IMG/VR virus record: IMGVR_UViG_3300037114_000074
DNA: 22,845 bases
Strand: one strand, 5' to 3'
DNA from: an uncultured virus (IMG/VR IMGVR_UViG_3300037114_000074)
Lineage: Duplodnaviria; Heunggongvirae; Uroviricota; Caudoviricetes
The notes below the pieces were generated by a model. It had not been told where the DNA came from, searched no databases, and saw only the letters and a list, made by a program, of their open reading frames with translations. This document shows, piece by piece, positions 1-8,793 of the stretch. The stretch's first letter is position 1; each line of letters begins with the position of its first letter. The position numbers and the translations under genes were made by a program.

Positions 1-384
1 CTGCATGAGCTTCTTGCCCGCGGGGATTTTCGGGAACTCCGTGAGCGAGCCGTCGCTGCTGAAGGTCCACAGCTTCCCTAAGCCCGGGGCGGACAGGCTG
101 ACGCCGATCCCGTAAGCATCCTGCGCGGCTTCCTGCGCCTCCTGTATCGCGTCCATGATCGCGACGGAAGGGGAGTCAGCTTGCAGGGTGAACGGGAACG
201 GCACGAGGAAGGCGACGTAGCCCTGGGACTTCCTGGCGTCCACCCCCACCATCACCTCGACCGGCTTGACCGCGATCGCGCCGAAGGCGTCGTCGGTAGC
301 GAAGCCCTGGATCTGCACGGGCCCGATGTCCAGGTCAGTGCAGGTGAGGGTGAGGACGGCGTTTGCGACTGTCAGCGTTGCCAT
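1..384 (-). CDS. Tail tube protein (5' part; runs off the window start)
   Basis: Not in the ORF track. Read by hand from ATG at 384: MATLTVANAVLTLTCTDLDIGPVQIQGFATDDAF...VGVDARKSQGYV...TLQADSPS. It starts 3 nt after the sheath stop. The QGFxxDDAF, GVD and TLQADSPS motifs are typical of tube proteins next to DUF3383 sheaths. Confidence 0.8.
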   Translation of the reverse strand, partial: MATLTVANAVLTLTCTDLDIGPVQIQGFATDDAFGAIAVKPVEVMVGVDARKSQGYVAFLVPFPFTLQADSPSVAIMDAIQEAQEAAQDAYGIGVSLSAPGLGKLWTFSSDGSLTEFPKIPAGKKLMQ

Positions 385-387
385 GAT

Positions 388-1911
388 TTACTCCACGTCC
401 ACAGCGTTGACGGTGAACTGCTGGATGTTGCCGCCGTCGGTGTAGTAGAAATAGATGTTTGGTGACGCCCGGGCGTTGCGCGCGGTAGCCCCCGGGTCCG
501 TCACACTCAGGTACCACCCTTGGTTCTCCAGCGTCGCCAGCGCCCCGGCGCTCAGGGCAGCGGTGATCTCCGCGTCCTGCGCGCCCGACAGGTCCACGTT
601 ATTCGTCCACGCGCCAAAGGTCCCCATCTGGTCGATGGCGCCCTGCAGCGCCTGGCGCACGCCGTTGTACCCGGCTTCCGTGTAGGGGACCCACTTGATC
701 GACGTGCGGTAGACCAGCAGATCGTTCTGCATCTGCGAATTGAAGTAGAGCTGGTTGATGTACGGGTCGATCCACTCCCACTCCCCCGGCATGCTCCCGG
801 GCTGCAGGAATTGGAACTGCGCCGTGCGCGTGGCCACATTGCAGTAGCAGTTGTAGCCATTGCCGACGAGGTTGTTGTAGACGGTGAGGCTGGACACGTC
901 CGGCGTGAGACCGGCTTGGCCCAAGTACGCGAAATCGATGCGCCCGTCTTCCTGCGTAAAGTCGATCGAGGCGATCGCGCCTAAGACGAAGGCTGCCTTG
1001 GTGGGATCCAGCCCCCACAGCGGGATCGTGCCGTTGTACTGGGCGGCCGTGAGCAGTGCGCCGAAGCAAGCGGCGTCGTTGGTTGAGGTCGAAGGCGTCG
1101 GGTCCGAGTCCCACGGGACGTACGCGTACTGCCCGTTCTGCTGGCTCGCCCACAAGGAGAACTGCAGCTTGAGCGGGCCGCCGGGGGCGCCGGCGTCCGG
1201 GTCGAACAGTGTGGTGAATGCCGCCCAGTTCTGCGTGGCCGCGATGATGGACGCCATCACGCCCGCCGGGGTGGCGATTGCAGCGCCAGCCGAAAGCACC
1301 GCGCCGAGCGTGGCCGTGAAGTTGAAGTCCGGGGAGAGCGAGGAGTCGGTGCCGTAGCCGACGCTGCTCGCGCTCCCGGTCGTGCCGCTGGTAATGAGGA
1401 AGGCTTGGCGCAGCACGTCGTAGGTCACGGTCGCGGTCGTGGTCGGGGTGCCCGCCTGCAGGCCGGTCTGGATGAGCGCGGCGGCGGCGGTAAAGCTGGA
1501 GGCAGACGCAAGGTTGATCGCGGCGGAGGTGTGGCTCACCCCGTCGATCACCACCGTGATGGTGCCGGAGAGCGCCTGGAGCTGCGCGAGCGTGAGCCCC
1601 GCGACCGAGCCGCCGCGCATGTAGCCCGCGACCACCGTGGTGTTGTACTGGACGAAGTAGAGCTCGGACGGGATCTGCTGCGCGCCGGTGAAGCCTGCGA
1701 AGTAGATGGCGGCGGCCTGGGCGTGCACCGAAGCCGGGCCGAACCACGCGCTCACCGCAGCCGCGCTACCGAAGCCCTGCACGGTGCCGATGGGGATGGA
1801 CGGGTCCTTCTGCAGGATTATGCCGTTCATCGAGAGCGGCACACCGGCGGCCGACAGCACCGACGGCAGGGAGCTCACGAACTTGGATGCGGGGATGGCG
1901 GCGATGGTCAT
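388..1911 (-). CDS. Tail sheath protein (DUF3383 type)
   Basis: 507 aa. N-terminal IPASKFVSSLPSVLSAAG, TQNWAAFTT, and C-terminal ARNARASPNIYFYYTDGGNIQQ match contractile sheaths of Bcep781-like myoviruses. It lies immediately upstream of the tube gene. Confidence 0.9.
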   Translation of the reverse strand: MTIAAIPASKFVSSLPSVLSAAGVPLSMNGIILQKDPSIPIGTVQGFGSAAAVSAWFGPASVHAQAAAIYFAGFTGAQQIPSELYFVQYNTTVVAGYMRGGSVAGLTLAQLQALSGTITVVIDGVSHTSAAINLASASSFTAAAALIQTGLQAGTPTTTATVTYDVLRQAFLITSGTTGSASSVGYGTDSSLSPDFNFTATLGAVLSAGAAIATPAGVMASIIAATQNWAAFTTLFDPDAGAPGGPLKLQFSLWASQQNGQYAYVPWDSDPTPSTSTNDAACFGALLTAAQYNGTIPLWGLDPTKAAFVLGAIASIDFTQEDGRIDFAYLGQAGLTPDVSSLTVYNNLVGNGYNCYCNVATRTAQFQFLQPGSMPGEWEWIDPYINQLYFNSQMQNDLLVYRTSIKWVPYTEAGYNGVRQALQGAIDQMGTFGAWTNNVDLSGAQDAEITAALSAGALATLENQGWYLSVTDPGATARNARASPNIYFYYTDGGNIQQFTVNAVDVE

Positions 1912-2444
1912 GTTGGGTACCTTACGTTGATGTCTACCAACTCGAGGTCAAGCTCGTCGGTGTACTGCTGCGGCGCAGTCACCACCGGGTTGTATTGCAG
2001 ATGCGCGTCCAAACACCACCGTTCTTCATACTGCGACTCCTCGTTGGTGAGCTGCACCATCCGCCCCTCGTTGCAGAAGAGCGGCTCGCAGTTGGGAGCG
2101 AGCGCGTTGCACCCGTAGGTGCTCTGGAAGGCGGTGGAGATGATGCTGGCCCAGGTGCCGGAGTGCTTCCCGTAGCAGTCGATCTGGAACGGGATCTCCA
2201 GCCCCTGCTCGATCGTGTAGTCGGTTGGCGCCTCCTCGGTGCCTTCAGGATACGTGTCGATCGCCATGCGCAGGCGCGCGGTGAACAGCGCCTGTATCGA
2301 GACGAAGCCCGGGGGGGAGGGCGGCATGGCGGCGCGGTTCGGCAGCCCGCGGATCACCGGCACGCCCGCGGGCAGCACGCCTGTCAAGAACGCCTCGAGC
2401 GCCTGGTACACCTGGTCCTGGTCGGGCGAGACGGACAGGCTCAC
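1908..2444 (-). CDS. Tail terminator / neck completion protein
   Basis: The likely start is GTG at 2444 (GTGA overlap with the upstream stop), giving 178 aa, MSLSVSPDQDQVYQAL. Motifs NRAAMP, QIDCYG, EESQYEERW and LQYNPVV. Canonical position before the sheath. Confidence 0.75.
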   Translation of the reverse strand: MSLSVSPDQDQVYQALEAFLTGVLPAGVPVIRGLPNRAAMPPSPPGFVSIQALFTARLRMAIDTYPEGTEEAPTDYTIEQGLEIPFQIDCYGKHSGTWASIISTAFQSTYGCNALAPNCEPLFCNEGRMVQLTNEESQYEERWCLDAHLQYNPVVTAPQQYTDELDLELVDINVRYPT

Positions 2445-2920
2445 GACTCGGTCCTCACGATCCGGCCCAGGGTATCCAGCGCCAACTGCCCCTGCGCGTT
2501 GACCGAGGAGTAGAGCCGGTCGAGCTGCAGCACCGCGAACAGCTTGGTCCAGCCGCCCTGCTCCACGTCCCAGCCCTCGTCCGGCTTCTGCACGAGCCAC
2601 GTGTCGTTTGGCGCGTCCCGCCCCTGCGGGAACAGCAACAGGTCCCCGCCGCGCTGGTTTACGCGCACGATGCCCTGGGGGTTGCTGCGCATGAACACGG
2701 TGCGGATGACGCCCTGCAGTTGCAGGAAGTCGATGTGCTGCACGTCGCGGGCCGAGGGCGGCTGCACCTGCATGCGCGCCGCGACCGCGGGCAGGTAGGC
2801 CGGCACCTGGCGGCCGTCGGCGTTCAATACCGAGCCCTTGGACCTGTACCACCACCCGAAGGTGTCGGGGTTGACCGCAGTGATCGCGCTGCGAACGATG
2901 GCGTGCAGATTCAGGCCCAT
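2441..2920 (-). CDS. Head-closure / neck protein
   Basis: Start ATG at 2920 after GGAG; 159 aa, MGLNLHAIVRSAITAVNPD...GIVRVNQRGGDLL. Recognisable neck-gene family preceding the terminator and sheath. Confidence 0.7.
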   Translation of the reverse strand: MGLNLHAIVRSAITAVNPDTFGWWYRSKGSVLNADGRQVPAYLPAVAARMQVQPPSARDVQHIDFLQLQGVIRTVFMRSNPQGIVRVNQRGGDLLLFPQGRDAPNDTWLVQKPDEGWDVEQGGWTKLFAVLQLDRLYSSVNAQGQLALDTLGRIVRTES

Positions 2921-3030
2921 GCGATCTCCACGCTCGGGTGCCGCGCGAGCCAGTCCGCCCACTCCCACAGCCCCAAGTCCACGGCCGCGCGGTAGCAGGC
3001 GACCCACCAGGGTGCGAGGCTGACGATCAT
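2911..3030 (-). CDS. Small Trp-rich hypothetical protein (39 aa)
   Basis: MIVSLAPWWVACYRAAVDLGLWEWADWLARHPSVEIAWA. ATGA overlap with the upstream stop at 3027-3030 and a 10-nt overlap with the downstream start; fills the gap exactly. Confidence 0.5.
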   Translation of the reverse strand: MIVSLAPWWVACYRAAVDLGLWEWADWLARHPSVEIAWA

Positions 3031-3593
3031 TCGTGCACCACCTCGAAGTCCACGGCGCGCGCCATAGTCATCGAGTCCACAAGTCCGTGGTTGAAGCCCT
3101 TGACCGCCACGGTGAGCGGCGCATTGTCCGCGGGCCAGCTCTGGATGGACTCCTGCAGCTGGCCGGCGATCAGCATGCCCAGCTTGTTGAGCGCGACCTC
3201 CGCGTCAAACTGCGCACCCTTAAGGTAACGCGCCAGCTTCTTGCCCCACTCGCCCGAGTGCTGCCGGATCATGAGGCGGAAGAACGGGCGGGGCTTGCTG
3301 GTGCTGGTGCCGAACTCGTTCCAGAACGCCACCTGAGCCACGGACAGACCCCGGGGGTGCTTCGCCTGCCACCGGGACCAGGCAGCGAGGAGCCGCCCCC
3401 AACCGGGGTGCGCTTTGAACACGCGCTTTGCCGCAGCCATCAGCCGCGCCCCGCCGTCCCCTTCCGGGTAGTCGCTTCCCTCGAGGAACCCGATGCGCAC
3501 GGCGCGCGCGGTGTTGAGGCTGCGCGCGAGGTTCTGCAGCTGCGCTTTGAACTTGTCCCCGCCGCGCAGGTTGAAGGTGACGTTGTCGCTCAT
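3027..3593 (-). CDS. Neck / tail-completion protein (HK97-gp10-like superfamily)
   Basis: 188 aa. Motifs VRIGFLEG..YP, VAQVAFWNEFGT, PRPFFR and NAPLTVAVKGFNHGLVDS; located in the neck cluster. Confidence 0.7.
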   Translation of the reverse strand: MSDNVTFNLRGGDKFKAQLQNLARSLNTARAVRIGFLEGSDYPEGDGGARLMAAAKRVFKAHPGWGRLLAAWSRWQAKHPRGLSVAQVAFWNEFGTSTSKPRPFFRLMIRQHSGEWGKKLARYLKGAQFDAEVALNKLGMLIAGQLQESIQSWPADNAPLTVAVKGFNHGLVDSMTMARAVDFEVVHE

Positions 3594-6244
3594 TCCGCAT
3601 CCACCTTGTATTCGCCTCCTGCGTTCACCACGTACCCGCCTTTCACGCTCACCGTCCAGGGGCCGCCTGGCGGGGCCACCGCGTACCCACCCCTCGCGCT
3701 CACTTCCCAGCCGCCGGGCGGGGTCACCACGTAGCGCCCGGGCGGGGGCGAGATGATCATCGAGGCGAACGCGGTCGAGAACGACACGCCGACGCCGGAG
3801 ATCGACGCCTTGAGCGAAAGCGCGCCGGTCGCTGCGGAGAATGAGACTGCTACGGCCTTCAGCGTCCCGGCTGCGGCGCCCGAGACATGACCCATCGCGG
3901 CGCTGAGTGAGGCGCCGATCCCGTGCAGCGCGCCCGCGCCCGTGAGCGCGCCTTGCGCCATGGTGAACGACGCTGCGACGCCCGCGATCGGGGCCGCGCC
4001 GGCCAGGCGCCCAGCCGCTGCCGAAAGGCTCCCCGCCGCTCCCGCCAGCGCGCCCTTGCCGAGCAGCAGCGCGGCAGCGGTCGAAAACGACGCTGCAACG
4101 CCCGCCACGGCCCCAGCGCCCGGGGCTGCGAGTCCCCCTATGGCCGCCGAGAGGCTCGCGGCTTCGCCCCTGAGAGCCCCTGCGGCCGTCAGGTGGCCGC
4201 TGGCGGCGCTAAAGCCGACGATGCCGCTCTCGAGCGCGCCGCCGCCGAGGAGGTTGCCGATAGCCGTCGAGGGGCTGACGGCGCCCCCTGACAGCGCCCC
4301 GGAGCCGGAGAGGTTTCCTAGCGCCGCGCTAAAGGCCGCTGCAACGCCGGCGAGCACGCCCTTGCCGAGCAGTTGGCCTGACGAGGTGCTGAAGGACACC
4401 GCCCCACTCGCCAGCGCCCCTGCGCCCGCGAGGTAGGCGATCGATGCTGAGAAGGTCGCCGCGCCGCCTGCGAGCGCGCCGGCTCCGGTGAGGCTGCCGA
4501 GCGCCACACTGAAGGACGCCGCGGCAGCCCCAAGCGCACCCTTACCGAGCAGTTGCCCAGAGGCGGCGCTTAAGGACATAGACTCACCCGCCAACGCTCC
4601 GGCGCCGGTGAGGTAGGCGATCGAGACGGAGAAAGTTGCCGCGCTGCCGGCGAGAGCGTTTGTGCCGGTAAGGTTGGCTTCCCCGGCGCTGAAGGAAGCA
4701 ATCGCGGAGGCGAGCGCGCCGGCTCCGGTCAACGCTCCTGCAACAGCGCTCAGCGAGGCTGCGCCCCCGGCGAGCGCTCCCTTGCCGGTCAGCGCCGCGC
4801 TGGCGGCGGAGAAGCTGACCGAGGGGCCGGACAGCGCCAGGCCCGCCAGCAGATTGCCCTGCGTGGCGGACAGCGACACCGCGATGCCGGAGAGCGGTGC
4901 CGCGCCGCTGAGGTTGGCTTGCGCAGCCGAGAAGCTCACCGCAGGCGCAGCGAGCGCGCCTGAGCCGAGCAGCGAGGCTTCGGCGACGCTGAAGGACGCA
5001 GCGGCGGCCGCCAAGGCGCCCGCGCCCGAAAGGGCGGCAATCGCCGTCGTGAAGCCGACGGAGGCGCCCGACAGCGCGCCAGCGCCAGTGAGCGCGCCCG
5101 CCGCGGTCGAGAACGAAGCGGCGGCGCCAGCGAGCGGCGCTGCGCCCCCGAGATTGCCCTGCGCGGCGGAGAAGCTGGCGGCTACGCCTGAGATCGCCGA
5201 GATGCCAGTGAGCGCGCCTTGCGCTGTCGAGAACGAGGCGGCGATACCGGCGAGCGGAGCCACACCGTTCAGCGCGCCTACGGCAGTGCTAAATGAGGCG
5301 GCGACGCCTGCAAGAGCGCCAGCGCCAGTGAGCAAGGCGGTGGCCGAGCTGTAAGAGACAGCGATGCCGGAGATCGCGCCAGGAGGCGGAGCCGGGGCGA
5401 CCGAGGTCTCCAGCCGCAGCGCCTCGAACAATCCCCGCGGCTGCCACGGGTAGATAAGCGGCGGCACCGGCGCGCGCACGTCCGGGTACACCCCGGCTGA
5501 TCTAATCGCAATGGCGACCGCAGCGCTCGTGCTGTTATTCGTCGTCGCCGTCGGTGCCGGATAGTTCGCCGGGAGCGGCGACAAGCTCCAGAACAGATGC
5601 AGATAGGTGTTTAAGCCAGGAGCTGAGGCAATGCACCCGTTCTTCGAGAACGTGCCACTGGCCGGAATCGTCGTCAGGCTGTCTGGCCCGCCCGACTCGT
5701 ACAGCAGCACCAGCATCAGGTCGCTAGGCGACGCCGTGACCATCGACGGCGTGCGGGTCGTGCCACTCGTTGCGTACGCTGTGACTGGCGCTACGTCGAA
5801 GAACCAGCCTGGGTTCGCGCCAACGATCTGCGCCCACAGCACGTTCGACGGAGGATTCTGGCCAGTCTGATACTGAATCTTTACCGCGGGGTTAGTGCCT
5901 AGAAGATTTGGGCACCAAAACAGGTAAAGGTCTTCTAAGATGCCGCCGACCGTCGTCGGCCATACCGACCAGGGACTGCCGAATTGGTCTGTTACGCTCG
6001 GGACGAGGTAATTCGAGTTGCCCGCGACAAAGCCCACCACCGCACTGCCAACATTAGCGCTGACGGCGAATGAGAAATTCCCCGTGCCGCCAACATTGTT
6101 ATTAGGCCCAGACGCGACGCCGGTATTGCCAACATAAGGCGTCGCGGGCGGCGCGACGCTCTGCGCTAAAGGCTGCGGCCCCGGAGGCCACGGCGGCAGG
6201 AACGGCGGACCCGGCGGCCTGCGCGGAGGGCCGGGAGGCGCCAT
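3590..6244 (-). CDS. Large Ala/Gly-rich repeat protein, putative virion fibre
   Basis: 884 aa: Pro-rich N-terminus, a ~230-aa beta-rich domain, 27 degenerate 20-aa repeats, and short GGYxV repeats at the C-terminus. The stop overlaps the next ATG. Confidence 0.7.
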   Translation of the reverse strand: MAPPGPPRRPPGPPFLPPWPPGPQPLAQSVAPPATPYVGNTGVASGPNNNVGGTGNFSFAVSANVGSAVVGFVAGNSNYLVPSVTDQFGSPWSVWPTTVGGILEDLYLFWCPNLLGTNPAVKIQYQTGQNPPSNVLWAQIVGANPGWFFDVAPVTAYATSGTTRTPSMVTASPSDLMLVLLYESGGPDSLTTIPASGTFSKNGCIASAPGLNTYLHLFWSLSPLPANYPAPTATTNNSTSAAVAIAIRSAGVYPDVRAPVPPLIYPWQPRGLFEALRLETSVAPAPPPGAISGIAVSYSSATALLTGAGALAGVAASFSTAVGALNGVAPLAGIAASFSTAQGALTGISAISGVAASFSAAQGNLGGAAPLAGAAASFSTAAGALTGAGALSGASVGFTTAIAALSGAGALAAAAASFSVAEASLLGSGALAAPAVSFSAAQANLSGAAPLSGIAVSLSATQGNLLAGLALSGPSVSFSAASAALTGKGALAGGAASLSAVAGALTGAGALASAIASFSAGEANLTGTNALAGSAATFSVSIAYLTGAGALAGESMSLSAASGQLLGKGALGAAAASFSVALGSLTGAGALAGGAATFSASIAYLAGAGALASGAVSFSTSSGQLLGKGVLAGVAAAFSAALGNLSGSGALSGGAVSPSTAIGNLLGGGALESGIVGFSAASGHLTAAGALRGEAASLSAAIGGLAAPGAGAVAGVAASFSTAAALLLGKGALAGAAGSLSAAAGRLAGAAPIAGVAASFTMAQGALTGAGALHGIGASLSAAMGHVSGAAAGTLKAVAVSFSAATGALSLKASISGVGVSFSTAFASMIISPPPGRYVVTPPGGWEVSARGGYAVAPPGGPWTVSVKGGYVVNAGGEYKVDAE
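3750..5380 (-). repeat. 27 degenerate 60-bp coding repeats (consensus about GALAGAAASFSAAxGxLTGA)
   Basis: Counted by hand in the translation from GAISGIAVSYSS to ASISGVGVSFST. Two units carry a 2-aa insertion. Confidence 0.85.
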
Positions 6245-6266
6245 GGCTTAACCCCTCACGAGTAGG

Positions 6267-6857
6267 TCAATTCAGGATCGTCAGCTCAGCCATCTCGCAC
6301 GTCATCGAACCGGTGGCGACCGTCTGCGTGAAGAAGCTGTCGAACACGTTTGGCACGGAGGTATCGAAGCCCGCGGTGTTGGCAAGCGTGCCGGTGAGGC
6401 CGCTCGTCGCGCCGTACGGCAAGAGTTGACCGCCGGGACCAGGGCCGGTCGCGGGGGCCGCGGTGTTGATCGAAGCTGGCGAGAGCCACTCACCCTGCCC
6501 CCAGAGGAGGCCCATGTTCGTTACGCCCTCCTGCCTCACCACGCACTCGATCTCGATCTTCCACCACACGTTCGTCTGCGCCACGATGTTAAGCGGCATA
6601 GCCTGCGAGTCCCACGCGATCACGCCACCCAAGCGGATGTCGAATCGCGCGGTGCCCGGGGTCGTGACGGCGCAGGATATGAGGCCGCGCGCCTTGAAGC
6701 GGAACTGTGTTCCCACCCGCAATGACAGAGCGGGGAGCGGCGCGCGCAACTGGCCGGCAGCTGGCGTCGCGGCCACCAGCATAGAGGCAGCGGCCGCAGC
6801 GGTGAGCGTGGGGCCCGGGCCGCTGAGGGTGAAGAGAGTGCCGTTATAACCAAGCAT
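6267..6857 (-). CDS. Hypothetical protein, probably virion-associated (196 aa)
   Basis: Start ATG at 6857 after AAGGGG (MLGYNGTLFTL). Beta-strand-rich, Thr/Gly/Ala-rich, within the structural operon. Confidence 0.7.
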   Translation of the reverse strand: MLGYNGTLFTLSGPGPTLTAAAAASMLVAATPAAGQLRAPLPALSLRVGTQFRFKARGLISCAVTTPGTARFDIRLGGVIAWDSQAMPLNIVAQTNVWWKIEIECVVRQEGVTNMGLLWGQGEWLSPASINTAAPATGPGPGGQLLPYGATSGLTGTLANTAGFDTSVPNVFDSFFTQTVATGSMTCEMAELTILN

Positions 6858-6870
6858 TGAATTTTCCCCT

Positions 6871-7155
6871 TTACGCCAGCGCGTCGACGTGCGCAACCAG
6901 TGCGTCTGCGATCGGGTTGGAATGATCAGCCGTCATGCCGTCGACCGGCTTGCCGTCAACTTCACCCTGCCAGCTCTGCACCAGCTCGCTGTGCGCCTCG
7001 TCCGGGTACAGCGGCTTCACAACGCGCAGGATGCGCAGCTTGTGCCCCTTGTACTGCGCCACGTGGTGCTCGCCCTTGTGCGGAATCGTGAGCTTCTGAC
7101 TCGGGCCGATAAGCATCGTGTCGGTGTCGTCGTAGTTCCAGGTGACGGGTTCCAT
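6871..7155 (-). CDS. Hypothetical protein (94 aa)
   Basis: GAGGAG RBS before the ATG; tiles between its neighbours. Confidence 0.7.
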   Translation of the reverse strand: MEPVTWNYDDTDTMLIGPSQKLTIPHKGEHHVAQYKGHKLRILRVVKPLYPDEAHSELVQSWQGEVDGKPVDGMTADHSNPIADALVAHVDALA

Positions 7156-7164
7156 GGCTACTCC

Positions 7165-7896
7165 TCAGGACTTGTAGTACGCGAGTTGGTTGGCGGCGAC
7201 GCTCGGCGTGATGCCAGAGCTGACGATGAGCGGGGACTGTTTGTACAGGATGCCGCTGCCTGCCGTGGCGCCGTTGATGCCGGTGCCGCTCGAGGTCGCG
7301 GACAACTGGCACGTGGTGCCCGAGACGGAAACGGCGTAGTAGAGCGTGCCGATGGTGAACGCCGCGGGGATGAGCGAGAGAGAGCCGGACTGCGGTTGTG
7401 GGTAGAGCGACACGCGATCATTAAGCGTCGGGGTGTAGCCCGGGCAGGTGAACACGGCCGGAGAGGCGAGCGTCGAGGTCCACTCTACGGAGGGGCCGGC
7501 CACCGCGCCGAGAGGACCGTAGGCAAGCAGCGTGCCGGTGCCCGAGGATGAGAGCCCGACGCCGAAGTGCGTCAGCGTGTCGCCAGTCGCGCCACACGCA
7601 GCGAACGAGATCGCACCGGCGTTGGTCACATTGCTCGGCGTCGTGCCTGAACCCGTCGTTACCGTAAATCCGCCCGTCGTGCGCGCCACTGCGATTCGCG
7701 CGTAGTTCGTGTATGCGGTTTCGCTCGTGGTCTGCGATCCGCCATCCCCGGGGTCGGCGTTGTGGAGCGAGATGTAGAGATTGGTGGCCGGCGAGCTCGT
7801 GGCGTTAAGGGCGACGGTCGCCCAGGTGCCAGTGAATACCGCACAGAACAGCGCGTTCAGTTCTGCGGCGGTCTCGATGAAAGTTGACATGGGCAT
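7165..7896 (-). CDS. Fibre-associated structural protein
   Basis: 243 aa. NLYISLHNADPGDGG.QTTSETAYTNYARIAVAR is a widespread phage minor tail/fibre motif (LHxADPG...E..Y..YAR). Confidence 0.7.
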   Translation of the reverse strand: MPMSTFIETAAELNALFCAVFTGTWATVALNATSSPATNLYISLHNADPGDGGSQTTSETAYTNYARIAVARTTGGFTVTTGSGTTPSNVTNAGAISFAACGATGDTLTHFGVGLSSSGTGTLLAYGPLGAVAGPSVEWTSTLASPAVFTCPGYTPTLNDRVSLYPQPQSGSLSLIPAAFTIGTLYYAVSVSGTTCQLSATSSGTGINGATAGSGILYKQSPLIVSSGITPSVAANQLAYYKS

Positions 7897-7908
7897 GGAA
7901 GCGGTCTC

Positions 7909-8175
7909 CTACATCCGGCGCTGACCGCGCCAATTGAGTTGATCGAGTACTGCGGAGTTCATAGGCGCCACAGAGCGCGTAGCTTCGGCAACCCATGCAA
8001 CAATATCCTGCGCGAGCAGCATGGCGTGTTCGGGGTTGCCAACCGCCAGCGCGACCTCGCCGATAAAATCCCCGTTGACGGCGTTCGTCCAGATGATGCG
8101 GTTGTGCACGCCAGGCACGATCTGCACGGTGCGCTTGAGTTGGATCGTGACCGGCTTGGCTGGCATAGCGTCCAT
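7909..8175 (-). CDS. Hypothetical protein (88 aa)
   Basis: TGATG coupling to the upstream stop; tiles the operon. Confidence 0.65.
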   Translation of the reverse strand: MDAMPAKPVTIQLKRTVQIVPGVHNRIIWTNAVNGDFIGEVALAVGNPEHAMLLAQDIVAWVAEATRSVAPMNSAVLDQLNWRGQRRM

Positions 8176-8522
8176 CAGTACCCCACGGGCAAAATGCCCT
8201 GCGTCTCAAAGCTCCAATCATCACTGGACGAGGCGCACTGTACATCGAACAAGTAGTAGACGCTCGCGAGGCCGGCCTTCACCGGCTGCAGCACCAGTGT
8301 GTTCGTTACATCGAGCACTGCTGGGCCGTTCAGCACACTGGTCGGGCTCGGGTCATCCCCATCGGCCACCGACGCAGTGACGGTCGGGGTGCCGGTCAGA
8401 GTGACGCCTGCGGGCAGCCACTGCACGGCACTGAAGCTCAAGACCACTTCGGCACCGGGGAGCTTGTTGGTGAACAGTGCCGGCATGGTCCGCTCAATAA
8501 CAGACGACGGTGCGAGGATCAA
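8175..8522 (-). CDS. Putative fibre adaptor protein (start uncertain)
   Basis: KLPGAEVVLSFSAVQWL..G.TLTGTPTV..SV.DG.DPSP..VLNG resembles small phage fibre-tail adaptor proteins. The true start may be the internal MPALF. Confidence 0.55.
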   Translation of the reverse strand: MILAPSSVIERTMPALFTNKLPGAEVVLSFSAVQWLPAGVTLTGTPTVTASVADGDDPSPTSVLNGPAVLDVTNTLVLQPVKAGLASVYYLFDVQCASSSDDWSFETQGILPVGY

Positions 8523-8525
8523 GCA

Positions 8526-8783
8526 TCAGTCGTAAACCCAGTTGGTGCCGTTGCAAAAAACCTTGTCGTAAGAGGCTCCGGTGGTGGAGACGGCAGCCAA
8601 ATACACTGGCGAGGCGACTCCATTGGTCACGTAAACCATAAGGCCCTTAGCGGCGCCGTTGCAGTTTGGGAGCGTCGCGATGGTGTAGCCAGCCAACAGC
8701 ACCGGCGTCGGCACCGGATTCATCAGCTGCGCCTGAGCGGCTGTCGCAAACAGCATGAGGGCGATCAGGATTCGGCGGAACAT
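8526..8783 (-). CDS. Small protein with signal peptide and fibre-tip-like motif (85 aa)
   Basis: AAGGAG RBS, ATG at 8783. MFRRILIALMLFATAAQA is a Sec-type signal, followed by YTIATLPNC...VYVTNG...VFCNGTNW. Confidence 0.7.
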   Translation of the reverse strand: MFRRILIALMLFATAAQAQLMNPVPTPVLLAGYTIATLPNCNGAAKGLMVYVTNGVASPVYLAAVSTTGASYDKVFCNGTNWVYD

Positions 8784-8793
8784 AGTGAACTCC

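Noticed and set aside
2445..2855. Long N-terminal extension of the 1908..2855 ORF
   Set aside because: It overlaps the head-closure gene in another frame; the GTGA-coupled start at 2444 fits better.
3590..6244. 884-aa Ala/Gly protein as tape measure
   Set aside because: It lies upstream of the neck and sheath genes and has an uncharged, beta-type 20-aa repeat. The tape measure is expected after the tube gene, outside the window.
7165..7896. 243-aa protein as the missing major capsid protein
   Set aside because: It is Thr/Gly/Ser-rich with a fibre-family motif and is too short and low in charge for a typical HK97 fold. A structure search is still advisable.
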